Below are positions 23,568 to 36,545 of a stretch of DNA of 64,000 nt, piece by piece; positions within the stretch are counted from its first letter, which is position 1, and every line of letters begins with the position of its first letter. The stretch is from Bugula neritina (Eukaryota; Animalia; Bryozoa). The translations under genes were made by a program, and so were the position numbers. The notes under the pieces are model-generated. The model did no database searches. It worked only from the letters and a program-made list of their open reading frames with translations, and was not told the DNA's origin. The stretch spans positions 13,484,633 through 13,548,632 of the forward strand of contig OZ037769.1 of NCBI GenBank assembly GCA_964035545.1, given 5' to 3'.

Positions 23568-24229
23568 GCACGCACAAACGATATTACTATATGAGTCAGT
23601 TTACTTCATTTAGTACACACCGGCAACTTATAGCCTGATATTAAAGTTTGCTCAAAATCAATTGAAATTTACTATACATGGTATATATTTTTATGTGCTG
23701 GTTTTAACTACGCATAACAGAAAAGGCTGGGAGGGGATTCCCTAACATTAAAGCACAGGTCATTGTCATATGCACTTATTATTCTATATGTGCGACTGTT
23801 ACGAAAAAACCGTAAAGGTCTGTAACCAAAACTAGCTGAATAATTAGGGAAAAACATGGGAAATTAAGCAAAATTAAAAAGAACTTTGATTATTTAGGTG
23901 TATTTATTAGTGGTTTACTAGTTTTGGCCAAAAAACCATGTTCATTACCAGCTAAATTGTGAAAAATAGCCAAAAACTGAAGATATCCAGTGTGTACTAA
24001 ATTAAGTAAAATGACCCATATATCTTTGTAAGTACTTACTGTCTGTTGGCTGAATCTTTCCTTTGTTAGAGCTCACACACGTTCTTTCTGAAGTACTATA
24101 AGATTCGCTAGGAACAACTGCTTGCGAAGGAGAAGGAAAATCCTGTTGACTATCACCAGCTGTAGTTTGTGTTCTGCCTTCAGCTTCCTGGTTGCTTAAA
24201 TTTATCTCTCTTTCAATTTTATGGTGCAT
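21975..24229 (-). CDS. Uncharacterised coiled-coil protein; exons ~24229-24040 and 22177-21975 (true 5' end uncertain)
   Basis: A phase-consistent GT-AG join gives ...QPTD-T-NHSTSFSQTELILKLEKQCQELAEEYDKAAIETVSLKAEHDQLRMENEELQQK...*, with a heptad pattern. Confidence 0.55.
22330..23577 (+). mobile_element. 5'-truncated non-LTR retrotransposon (CR1/L2 group) RT fragment with 3' UTR and (CA)n tail
   Basis: GVPQESVLGPTLFLIYINDL, YADDT, KFLGVIID..LNW..HI and LWNKLP motifs. Internal deletion/frameshift at ~22840. Confidence 0.9.
23484..23576. repeat. (CA)n microsatellite
   Basis: About 40 AC units followed by a few GCAC units. Confidence 0.99.
23593..24017. mobile_element. MITE family copy A (asymmetric form, 425 bp, ATAT TSD)
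   Basis: Ends GAGTCAGTTTACTT.. / ..AAGTAAAATGACCC with a 4-bp TSD. The right half is shared with the copies at 31004 and 51039. Confidence 0.8.
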
Positions 24230-24727
24230 TATAGAATCAGAAACTTAACATAGAGCCGAATGCACTCTCTTACTCTTGATAACTTCAGTTCAGCATCTCC
24301 TTTTATACTTACTGTTATACACTCAAATAAAGCCTATTGGTTAAATGGCTTTGCTTCACCCCGTGGCTAAAATAAATATACCAGCAAGAAATTATTACAC
24401 GGATTAAATTGGAATTCCCATTGGCATTGGAATGGGAAATCCCACGGAATGAACTTTGCACCGTGATTGGACTATGAGGTTATATACGCGAACAATGATG
24501 GCATATCATAATACTGTTCAGCTTTTAACAGTTTAATTGGCTACTTTAATGTGAATAAGTACTTGTTGATGCATTGAGTATACATTGATAACACTCACTC
24601 CTTATCAGTGAATATAGAGATATAAAGCATCAAGCCTGTGAAGTTAAACAGCTAATCTATTAAATGTCACCAACTAAAACTGTTTGGTAAATTTATCTGG
24701 TTTTGGAAAAATCCAAATATAAGAACA

Positions 24728-24898
24728 CTATTCCATTACTCATTTGGTATTTTAATAAAAAGTTTATCTGAGTATAGTAAACAGTGGAGCCTTCCATGCA
24801 ATTGTTAGCAAAACCTTGTTAACAATTGCATGGAAAGTTCCACTGTTTGCTATACTCAGATAAACTTTTTATGAAATACCAAATGAGTAATGGAATAG
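24728..24898. repeat. Long near-perfect palindrome (arms ~80 bp)
   Basis: ctattccattactcatttggtattt...gcaattgtt / aacaattgc...aaataccaaatgagtaatggaatag. A related single-arm sequence lies at ~32860-32960. Confidence 0.9.
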
Positions 24899-27388
24899 CG
24901 TTGCTGTCCATTTTCTTTGTATAATGGACAATATTTTTCATTCTGTTCAGTATATCAACAACTGAAAGTTGTAGCTAGGCTACTATGTAAAATACTGTTT
25001 AAGGCTTTATTTATTACATATTATTTAATACATCACAATATTGCAATGTTATAACTGATTGATCTTCACATAGTGTGCAAAACTTGACAAAATGAACCGT
25101 TCAAAAATCCGGTTTTATATTGCGCCTGCTATGATTTTTTGAATAATATTGCAATTTTTGAAAAAAATAGTTTAAATAAAATTATGCCCATTTATTAATT
25201 ATTCTTCAAAATATTATAATGTGTAATTTATATAAAATATACGATAGGACTTAATTATTAAAGCAATAAATGGCATAATTGCTGTGTTTTATGTGAACAT
25301 ATGTTACAGTTAAGTTTATTGCTTGGAATCAATGCAGCGAAACTAAAAAATCTATACAGAATTTTAAGCATTTGCATGGAACGTAGCACTTTATTTGCAC
25401 TCTAGAGCAATAGATAAACAGCTAAATTTTATATAAAATAAAAAGTTTGAATAAAAGAGCCATTATAAAAGTAACTGTACCATTGCAAGCTATTATTTAA
25501 CTTGCTAATAATTATATAGAGATGTAATTCATACTATATGTAGTAACGTACTGCTTAACATGTATTTTGCTAACTTTAGTGCTGAGCTTGATGCAAATGA
25601 AAATAGTTACCTAAACACATTTCCGGAAATAAATAAAAATAGTCAACAAATTTTACGAATTTTCGCATCAGCATTAAGCATAAATCACTATAGTACATTA
25701 TAGATTAATACCATAGTATGTCTATATACCAATGATTTAGTATAATTTTGAATCACACAAAGTATCAATCTTATTATCTATAATAAAAAATTCCAAACAA
25801 TAAAATAAAATAAATATGACAATATTAATAACATCTAATAAGTAGCAAAATCTCACAAATAATTATACAAATTCATTGAAAAATGATATCATCCATCATT
25901 TATATTATAATATATTCTTGTCACGCAAAGTAATTGCATAAAAATAGCAGCTGGTATAGCATAATCTATGCTGTTCATATATAAAAATTGATTGCAGTTA
26001 CATATATTTTGTCATAATTTGGTAACTGTTTACTATAAACATACTTAAAAAAGGTAATAACTTATATTGGAAGCTAGGGTTTTTGTATTTCTGAATACCA
26101 CCATATATATAAGCACTTGAACCATGCATGCAGGTTTATAAAAATTCCCCCATTAAATTATTTTTACTATTATAGCTTACTTTTGCTATTCAATCTATAG
26201 CTTGTTGAGGCCAGCTATAATATACAATTATATAACTGCTATAGACTAACTCATACGTATATTAACTATAATAAAGCAGTGCTTTTTAGTTGCAAGTTAT
26301 GTTATCTATAGAAAACTAAATTTTTCTAAATACAACTGAAGTTTTAAAAAGAGTTTTATAGCTTGCAATATGTTCTGCAGCTGCAGTCATTGTGGTTGAA
26401 AAAGCTAGATAGTCAATGCTTTTGTATAAGCACTATAGGGCTTGAAGCTTTTGTACTGTCCACACTATAACTCTACTCATATATATAGCAAAACTTATAG
26501 ACATCTTATGCTATTCAGAAAACGTAACTATAAACAGTTTTCATCACAGCTGTCCGTGATGGATTTTTAGAATATAAAATGGCAAGGTAGAATTCTAACG
26601 TTCTGCATAGTCCATTTTTTCTTTTTTTGAGCCAATGGCATTTATGCTGGCTGAGTTATGTGTCATGCACAGTGGCAGATGACCAATCTTTATGAATCTA
26701 TTGCATGGGGAGCTTTCAAAAAGCTCTAGACTCCAAGGACATCTTAGGTTGCACTCTAGCGCCACCTGTAAAATAACCAATAAATGACTCATAGTCATGA
26801 AGAAGTTTAATGGGATCACATTGACTATATGCGATGGTGAAAGTGCTGCCACAAATCCAGTGAATCCGACTATAATTTGAAAAGCAGGTGGCAAAACACA
26901 AATATGTAGTCTCAGCATCAAACATTAAAACTGTTGCATTGGCTTTCACAGCCATATGAAGAGATGCAGCGACACAACATGACATTACTTAGTGCAGCCA
27001 TAGTCTGGCAACGCGGAAGGAGGCTAATCATGCATGCCTATTACCGTTTGAAGGAAAATACTCTGTAAAACTACTAAAGTTTTGAAAACTATGCTTTCGA
27101 TTTGATTTTTCATTTTCCCAATGATCTTTGCTCTTATTAAATTGCATTTCAAGTATGTTTGAAACATCTCACAAAAGTCCACTTTTTGAAACTTTAACTG
27201 CATGCCTGATAATTTCATAAATATCCTTTTTCCTCCCGAGGGTCCATTATTATTTAAAACTTTAATTGTGACATAGCTATAAATCTTCTGATAGTAAAGT
27301 AATCCGTCAATAACTGTGGTAAATTAAGACAAAATTGCAAGCTCTTACAGTCTTTAGATCCATAACAGTTTGATAATTGGTTCAATAT

Positions 27389-28487
27389 CTATAATGGCTC
27401 AGGTTGCTGTGGCTGGATTTCGGCAGGCTCGTTATTGTGTTGGTGAAAACTAGATGGTTGTGAGGCATCAAATGTAGCAGCACCTAAAAATATCATGAAT
27501 AATTTATACAAATTCTAAATTTATTTACATCTATACACAAAATAGTTTTGCATCAATAACTTGCCATTATAATTTTCAGCAGGCAGCAATAGCTGTTTAT
27601 GTTGCAACTTTTTATATAATAATACATCACGAAATTTTAATAATAAATCAGTTTAAAAAGTTCTACTAATTCATATTATACATTTTTACTGCAACTTTGC
27701 TAAGAAATGGGGGCAGCTGTGGTCTAGGGGGTTAAAGCGTTTGCTTAGTAAACACGAGGTCATGGGTTTGAACCCCGACAAAGGTGATATTAGGAAGAGC
27801 ATCCAGTCACAATTACTCCTGTGCCTCATCTGACTATGTCTTCAGCCCTATTTCTCTCAGAAGTTTTTACAGGGATAGCAACTATAAACTTGTGTGAGTA
27901 TAAGAGCTAAAAACGTAATGCTTTCTGCGACTGTTATGCTTATAATATTGCAAGCTATTGAGAATAAGCGTTCACATACCGAAGTCATTTGGTGAATTTC
28001 TACTCTGAAGTAGAGCTATAAAAGGAATAGCATATTATAAATAAACTTTGAAGAATAAATTTTTGCCTACATATAACAAGCATGTAAAACCAATTATGAA
28101 CTTTTCTTCTTATAACAACTATGTTATAATTATGCTAATATTAGTATATATATATAATATGCAAATATTTTGTAATAGCAATGCCTTTAACTATATAAAC
28201 TGATTAAAAACAGAAGCTTTGTAAAAAAAGTCTTGCTGTATACCAAAGCAGTACATCTGAGAAAACCCTAAAATAAAATTCACATTAAATTCACCATTAA
28301 CTTGTGCTTCTAGATTACACATTTTTTGCTCAAAAGCTAGTTTTTCGCGCCTGAGATAATAAATCTCCAGTTTATAGAACTTCTTTTCTTCTTCTTGTAA
28401 TTCCATCTTCAACTCTAGATTTGCGATCCTATCCTTCAGTCTCTCTATAATCTCAGCTGCTTGATCATTTATAGAAGAACTGGCCAT
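27389..28487 (-). CDS. Small (~95 aa) coiled-coil protein; exons 28487-28295 and 27483-27389
   Basis: MASSSINDQAAEIIERLKDRIANLELKMELQ...VN-G-AATFDASQPSS...PEPL*, with a canonical phase-1 GT-AG intron. Confidence 0.55.
27709..27899 (+). mobile_element. tRNA-derived SINE, copy 1
   Basis: A/B-box tRNA-like head (anticodon-like loop CTTAGTAA) followed by an AGGAAGAGCATCCAGTC core. Related copies at 45813 and 50302. Confidence 0.85.
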
Positions 28488-29666
28488 TTTTTTTACGCGA
28501 TGCTAAAACATAACATTATTATAGGTGACTTCATTGATAATAGATATGTTACTGGAAGCCAGTACGTGCTGTTATAATGCCATTCCAAGCCAACTGCTGC
28601 TTATTACTGAATTGCATATACTAAAATACTAAATCTAAATGCATTTAAACACAATTAAAAGCTGTTTTATTACAGCTAGAGGTTTATTCGTTATACTACT
28701 CAATCATATAACCCGATGCTCAACAAATCTTTCCAAGTATATGAAAACCCAGAAACCCTCTAAGCTGTAGTAGCCTGCATGGATGCATTCTCATATACTC
28801 AAGGCAGTTTGACTATATTATTATAGACACAATATATAATATATAATATATATAATATCTATATAATATAAATATAATTAGATTACTTACATATTATTAC
28901 TGTTAGAGTTAAACTATTTTTGCTGCACTAACTATAACTGCTATTTAACACCCTACTAGAATATATTAGAATACAAAGCCAAATGAATGAACACTATAAG
29001 AAAGATGAGGTAAGGGAATTTCCCAAAAACTGTTTTTTTGCAGTTACTCAATAATGGGATTTTTGGGCAGATTTTTGCTTATTGCATCTTAAAGAGTGAA
29101 GCCCATAGATCTGGTAACGTCTAATTACGTTAGCAAAATGATTGTTAAACTTTTTATAATTTTTTTGACTAGCTTCATTTAAATCAACAACACATTAATT
29201 AGTTCTTTTTTAACATTAAGTTACAAATTACTGCAATATTAGTTTTATATGATAACACTGTAAAAATAATTTTCTGAAGCCCTTCATACTCTTATAACAT
29301 AATACTAAATTTTCTTAACTTTTGTATTGCAGTTATTCCGTGATTCAACAGGCACCAGCTTTTTAAAAAAAATAATAAGTATCAATTGGAGGAGTTTTTA
29401 ATCTATTCTTGTTTCCAGTCATGTATTTGAGTGAGAAAAGGAAGTGTGTTATTACTTGGATAACATAAAATAACTCTGTCACGTCTGAAACATGGGTTTA
29501 TTTTCATTTTCACTAAAACTTTTGATAATATGGGCATGTCACCCATTTAATATAAGCAAGGCTAGAGCATATTGGCGTAGGAGAAATTCTGACCAAGACG
29601 TCATGCTCTTTCTCACATTACCAATGACCCATGACAAGAACTCACGATCCAGTGCACACTCTAAGC

Positions 29667-29968
29667 CAAGGGTGTCCAACCTTTTCAGAGTGCGGGCTAC
29701 AGAAATGGGCTATTCCATGGCAAGGGCCACATTGTAAACTTTAGCTGGGGGCCACAGTGCCAGTCTGTCAATTTCACTTTATTCTAAATTCTATGAATCG
29801 TTACACAACGAAGTCCCAATAATTTCTGCAGACTGCATGTTTTTTAGCATATTATATATAAAGACATTTAAAAAGCCATTTTCCCATTATAATTCATATG
29901 CATGTATGCAATTTTTTTTTTATTTGTTATGCCTGTGAGGGCCACATAAATGTAGGTTAGGCCCCCTG
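29667..29968. mobile_element. Degenerate hAT-like MITE remnant
   Basis: Left end CAAGGGTGTCCAACC and internal GGGCCAC motifs. The right end is degenerate (GGTTAGGCCCCCTG). Confidence 0.4.
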
Positions 29969-30219
29969 CATCCGGCCCTGGGGTGGCCTGCTAGACCTGT
30001 TAGACCATTTTAACAACTACATTAAAAATTATTTACTTGACAATAGAAATTTCAAAACAGTAATTTAACATTTTTATCAAATTACTAAAAATATGTTATA
30101 GGGAATGTCTTTCTAACAAACTAACCTAAATTTAACCTGGTCGAAAAGCAGTTATACAAATTAAAAGAATTAATCTTTTTAACAAGCAAAAAAAGAGAGG
30201 TGACTTTATACTATAGCAT

Positions 30220-30713
30220 TGTGAAGGCGATAGGCCGTGGGACATGGATGCTACACTCCCTCTCCTACACCTCACTATAGGAGCCATGTCTATATATAAC
30301 ACACTGTTATGTTATGACATTCCTTTGTAAGCTTCAGTGACCAGCAACTATATTATGACATTCCCTATGCCACAGTCTGTGAAATACCCCACGCTTTGCA
30401 GCCAACTCCGAGGGGTGTGAGACGGGCGGGCAGAACCCTCGAATCAATCAGCATCCAGTTGAGCTTTATAAACAGGACTTACAGACACCCAGACACACTT
30501 GGCTAGTCGATGTATTACTAAGGCCTAAGCTAACTAGTGTATGATTTTTATCCTGTAACCATTTTACTTTGATGTAGTATTATTTCTTAATTAGTATCAC
30601 AAATATATTCATTCTACTATAACAAGTACAAGCTCAGTTCTCTCTCTCTCTGTTCTAGTATTGCAACACACACTCATAACCCACAATTGTATTTTGCGGG
30701 CAACTATATAACA
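30220..30713 (+). mobile_element. Probable solo LTR (494 bp)
   Basis: TGTGAAG...TATATAACA with flanks GCAT/GTAT (4-bp TSD, one mismatch). GC-richer than its surroundings, with an internal TATAAA. Confidence 0.6.
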
Positions 30714-31003
30714 GTATTATAAGATATCTTATAAAAATGAATTGTATCAGTTAACAAAATCTGCAACATGTGCCACTTAGGAGTTAATATGGCACAAAAT
30801 AATTGCATTTGAGTAGTTATTTTATACAAAGGAATTATAGCTATAAAGACCAACAGTATTTATAAAACAGTTATTTAATGTTTATAGAGCATTTAATACT
30901 TAAATTAAAACCGTGGCTAATTGAACTGAAAATACAAATGAAAAGAGTAAAAATAAAACATGTTCTGAATGCCTTAGTTATCAAAATATAAAATCTGAGT
31001 TAT

Positions 31004-31427
31004 GAATCATTTTACTTAATTTAATACACACTGGAAATCTTCAGTTTTTAGCTATTTTTCACAATTTAGCTGCTAATGAACATGGGTTGTTGCCCAAAAC
31101 TAGTGAAATATCAATAAATACACCGAAATAATTAAGGTTCTTCTTAATTTTACTTAATATCCCATGTTTTTTTGTATTTATTTAGCTTGTTAGGAGTGCA
31201 GACCGTTACGAAAAAACTGTGGCGGTCCGTAACCAAAAGTAGCTGAATAATGAGGAAAAAGGATGGGAAATGAAGCAAAATTAAAAAGAACTTTGATTAT
31301 TTAGGTGTTATATCTATTGGTGTTTTGCTAGTTTTTGCCAAAAGCCCTTGCTCATTACCAGTTAAATTGTGAAAAATAACTAAAAACTGAAGATATCCAG
31401 TGTGTACTAAATTAAGTAAAATGACCC
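31004..31427. mobile_element. MITE family copy B (long-palindrome form, 424 bp, TTAT TSD)
   Basis: ~190-bp imperfect inverted arms with TTAT on both sides. Confidence 0.85.
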
Positions 31428-33631
31428 TTATACAATTTTAATCAGAATTCGACTTGCTTTAGCAGTTTGGAGAAAATAATTCATTACAGTGGCTTAGGTC
31501 ATACCTATTATTTAAGGATTTTACAATGTTTCCATAATTGCTGGCTAAGCACACAATAAGGAATAATATAGAAACTATAGATGAATGACCTAGCTGTCAA
31601 ATGTTTAATGAAATCAGCTCAAAATATTCGAAATGAAGGAGGATGAGAAGTTTATAATACTTGTATAACGAAATTTAGTAGCTGTTGATAAGGGTCAAAA
31701 TTTTAAGTAAAGCAGGATTTTTAAACCCATCGAAATTAAAGCATGGAACTTGGAGGACATAAAAGCTGCATTTTGTTTAGGAGTTTGAGGATAACTGGTT
31801 GAAAATTGTCATATAAATAGCAGTATTTTAAAAGTAAAAAAAGTTATAAATAATATTTGTGCAAACTAAAAAACTTTTTCCCTTCACATTTAATGTACAA
31901 TTGTAATTTAATGATCGAAATGTATAAATTAATGTCAAGTTTTTTAACTCATGGGAAATATCGGCAGGCATGCAATACGAAATGAAAGCACACAGCAAGC
32001 TGGTTTTAAATGTGCATGCTCTCTATGAATTAACAAAGGAATACTGGGAATAACATGAATATAAACTAGAGTTAGGGGGGGGGGGGCATGTAAGAAAAAA
32101 AGAACAGCTCCAGTAAAAACAGCTGCACAAAAATAGTGACAAATGTCAAACTCTGGATAAAACTGTGTAAAAGCTATATAACGGCAAGAATTTGGAGCTA
32201 ACAGTTATAGATAATAAATAATTCATTTTACATGTACACTACATAAAGTGCCAGATTTGAAAAAAAATTAAATATAGCTTCTGAGTCGCTTTTTTAACTT
32301 TAAAAATTTCATCAGATGAGAACATACAATTTTTTGTTCTGCCATATACTTAAATTGCAAACTTCAATTTGATGAAAGATAATTTCTCGGTTCATGATGA
32401 GTTGTAAAAGACTAAGCTAGGCTAAAATATTTTTAAAATCTTTTACTAGCACTGCTTCAGCCATTTATTTTCTTTTGTTTTGGTATACTTACCTCTAGTT
32501 GTATGTATAATAAATGAATGTTGTTCAAAGGCTATATTCTAGTGTATTCAAAGTGTATTGGCTAAATGCTTCTTGCTTCCACCAATTGCATGACTTGAAT
32601 AAGCCAATTAAAATTGAAAATGACTACTTCAATTTATCCCTTATAATGAATTCATTACGGGTTTTCCACCTATAGTGAACCTTGTACTACTGGAAAAAGA
32701 TTTGCTATGAGGTCCATAATGGCAGGATAACGGGATAAGGTTTGCTAGCAACTTTGCTGGGAGAATCATGAATACTACATATTATTATGAACACATTGAT
32801 CAAGGACCTATTCATTATTAGAAATTTATGTTATGCAACAATATCAACCTGCGTGATTTGAACTGTTAACCAACTGGAATAGCTTAGTAAATAATTTATT
32901 TGTCTTTGGGAAAAACCCAAATACAGCAATGCTATTCCATTAGTCACTCGGTATTTCAATGGTATTTCAAGATTAAAGGGAAACTTATTTAAATATACAT
33001 TTAATTCAATATTATTTCAATGAGCTGCACATAAAATAAATATATTGTACCAAAAAAGGTAGCGTTTAACTGGGAAGCGTCCAAGTGGGATGAAACAATT
33101 TCCACAAAAATTTTCTCAGAGCTACAGAACAAGAAAATGCAAAATATTATAGTTTGAAGTTTTTTTGCACAACGCATTAATATTTCGAAGTTATTTGCCC
33201 TTGTTTGTTTGTATCCTATATATTATATATACTATTAAAACAAATTCCCATGAAGTAACTCAACAAAATAAATATAGAGATGCTGACAAAAATACCAAAA
33301 AACGCTGAAAACTCAAAACCCTTGTAAATCTGCTGACTTTATCAAAAGAAATAAGCACCAATGAATAATTTTACTTATATTGAGTACACATCAGCAAATT
33401 AGGACTAAAAGTTAAAATTTGCACAAAATTCATAAAAATTTACTATATGGAATAATTTTATGTGCTGATTCTAATTATGCAAAGCAAAAAATCTGGGAAG
33501 GGATTCTGCAACATCCATAAAACGGAAACATAGGACATCTTTAAATAAGAAATAAAATGGTAAATTTAGCAGCTGGTAGTGAGTTTATAAGAAATTGTTA
33601 CATCAAAAATCTGCGGTTTAAATTAGTTACT

Positions 33632-33970
33632 TGTGAACTCACCAAATAAGGGGGAGTTTAGTGTACTGGTAAGGTTGCTTGGCTTGGCTTGCGAGGTAAC
33701 TCAAGCTCCTGTCAGTCTGTAGGGGGTAGAGTTAGGACTCCGGGCTCGGGTGCTTGCTTGGTAGTGCTCCGCAGTCTAGGATCCTGGGCTAGCACTTACT
33801 AGCGCACCCTAACACATTCTATTGCGTTCATACACACAAGTTATATATACTTAGATACTTACCCTGTCTCTCTCTTTTCTTTTCTCTTCCTCCTCGGTCA
33901 CTTTTCTCTCTCGACCGTACTCTCTTTTATACTTGTTATCACTGAACTGAAACTATAAGTTACATTCACA
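33632..33970. mobile_element. Possible solo LTR
   Basis: TGTGAA...TTCACA ends bounding a GC-rich island. No matching TSD. Confidence 0.35.
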
Positions 33971-34805
33971 CATAGGCCACACCTCCACTATTGTATTTGT
34001 GTTTTAATACAAATAGAATACTTGAACAGAGTTGTGTTCTCACTATGTATATATTATTAAGGAAAGATAACTATAAAATGAAAATTCTGATGAAACAAAA
34101 TTTTACAACAGAGCACTTACTGCTCTGTTTTGTGACTGATTGAAAAAAAAAAGGGAATTGCATTATATAAATACAAAATTATACATTAAGTATAAAAAGA
34201 ATCATTGGCGTGACCAATTAGCAGAGTTCACAATATTAAAATTAATGTCACGGGAGCTTTTTGCTCTAGCTTTAAGTAAAATATTGTTCGATGAAAGGTT
34301 TTTTCAAAGCTTTTGCAATAGCTTTTTCTTGGTAGCTTTTGTTTGATGAGTCAGTACAGCTCAAGAACTGAAAGAGGAAAGTTTGCTTTTATTAAAGATG
34401 CAGGCAACTTAGACTGTATTGCCTAAATAATTGTTAAAGTTTTGTGAGAAATATAAACTGTTGGTATTAGGCAGAAGGTTGAGTTGTGTCCTGCATATGT
34501 GCATACAACACCCGTGCTACACATAGGCATCCGTGCCACTCAGCATTCATGCTGACACAATTAACATCTTAAAAGACAAGTTTCAGATAGCTAAAAAACC
34601 TTATACCTTTAAAATAATAGGATCCCAAAGTTTGATGTTGAGTTGTAAGCTTTAATATAGAGCAGGGCAGTCTATAACCTAATGATTCAACTAGCCCCAC
34701 TATCCCCTACCACCCATTTTGGTATATCATGGAAATATAATGCCAAAGAACAGGCCAAGGACAAAATAGCCTTGGTCCTAAACTAGAAGGAAGCTTACCG
34801 TGTTA

Positions 34806-35462
34806 TCTCACTGTTCACACATTGCCATACCATACGTGGTAACAGCAAATATCCGCTATCTTTGGTAACACCTGGATGAATCATACCCCGGTATACGCTG
34901 AGGCTTGATTCAAAAAATCACGTCCGGCTCCCATTGGGTAGAGCTGATTTGGTACTAAAATTTAAAGAACATTTTTGCTAGTTTATTTTAATCGCCTATT
35001 GTTGATTTAATTTAACCAATTCAAAAGTTTTAAAGGATCAAAAATTTTTTATCTGGCTTGTTAAAATTAAACTCAGCTTAAAAATCTAACTTTCCCTAAT
35101 CACAAAAACACACAAACCAAAAACCTAAAATTTAATTGGTCGGCTTAAATATGTATTATTCAAATTAGTTTGCACAATTATTTTACCGACGCAGACATTT
35201 AAAAAGAGATTGTTTTCTTTTATGTAGTCAACGGCATTTGTATAGCATCTTATGAAAAGAATGTTGCAAATAATTTGTGAATAATATCCTAAGGTGTACA
35301 AGTCACCGCAGACAAGAATTAGCCTTATTATGATTGGTCACAACTTGAGGTCATGTGTTGTACTTTTCGAAAAGGTGTGAATGCTTGTTGACAAAATGTA
35401 ACAGCGCAGCCATTTTGTTTGTGCTGCTGCTGTTTTCCATACGGCAATGTGTGAACAGGGGG
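34806..35462. mobile_element. Non-autonomous DNA transposon (MITE) with ~18-bp TIRs
   Basis: CTGTTCACACATTGCC at 34811 and GGCAATGTGTGAACAG at 35443-35458, with TA flanks. Superfamily uncertain. Confidence 0.65.
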
Positions 35463-36545
35463 TATGAGTTGTAGCAATGCCCCCTCCCCCAGGGTTATAA
35501 GGACATAGGCGATTTTAGAAAAGAAAATTAGAAAAATGAAATACTATACTTATTATAAAAGTATCAATAGGGTTAATTATGTAATCTTTAGGATTTTATA
35601 TGCATGCAGGTCCTTTCACACACTGCAAGCACAATCACAGATATTTGTTTTATCAAGCAGTTTTGTTCCCAAGAGTGTCAATCTTTAGTTAGTTATTGAG
35701 TTTCATAAGAAAAACAACGGTACTTTTATTATCAATAATTAATAGGGCAATGCAGGGTTTTTGACTTAACAATGCGAAGCTGATTTTACAGCTCATGTAC
35801 GTGGATATATAATTCAAATTGAGGACTGGTATAATTATTTATTAAAACTGTAATATCAATGTATTTTACCACACCTGAATTTAATTGTATTGATTAAGCA
35901 TCATTAGTAGAACTTAAACTACATTAAACGGTATAGTTTTTTGCAAAATATAAAGTATATTATACCAAATTGGCTTATAAAATAAAATGTGTTATATAAA
36001 TGAATGCATCATAATAACAAATATATTATAATATAAAGTATATTATATCTTATATAAAATCATGCGAAAGAAAATATTTTGTTTGCAGTTTACAATAAAT
36101 TTTAAAAGACAAAATTTTTTTGTAAACAGATTATATTTCACATCTTCATGTAAATTGTTATAGAAAATTAGCTGCCAATAGCTATATTTATCAAACAATA
36201 AATGTATCATTCTGAACCAAGCATTAGTTACTAAAGCTAATGCCGTAACTTTATATAACAGACATGCAGCAGCTGGCTTGAAAAGAATTACATAAAATGT
36301 TTTCCCCAATGTTACTTTCTGCTAAACTTAGGCTCCTTAGGTTCGTGATCACAATGGTTTGATGTGCCAGCTCCTCAACAAATATATTAAGGAATATAAG
36401 GATACTAGAGCTATAGACAGAACTGCGTAAAGCCTCCAAAATAAACGCCCAACGCAAAATTTTTCCTGCTATTTGGTTGTTATCAATAGATATGCTGCGT
36501 GCGTTGGATGTTTGTGTGACGTGATAGGAAGATGCCCGAACAGTG

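Noticed and set aside
23403-23594. ORFs with (HT)n or (CV)n repeats (also 43131-43466)
   Set aside because: Translation of (CA)n microsatellites.
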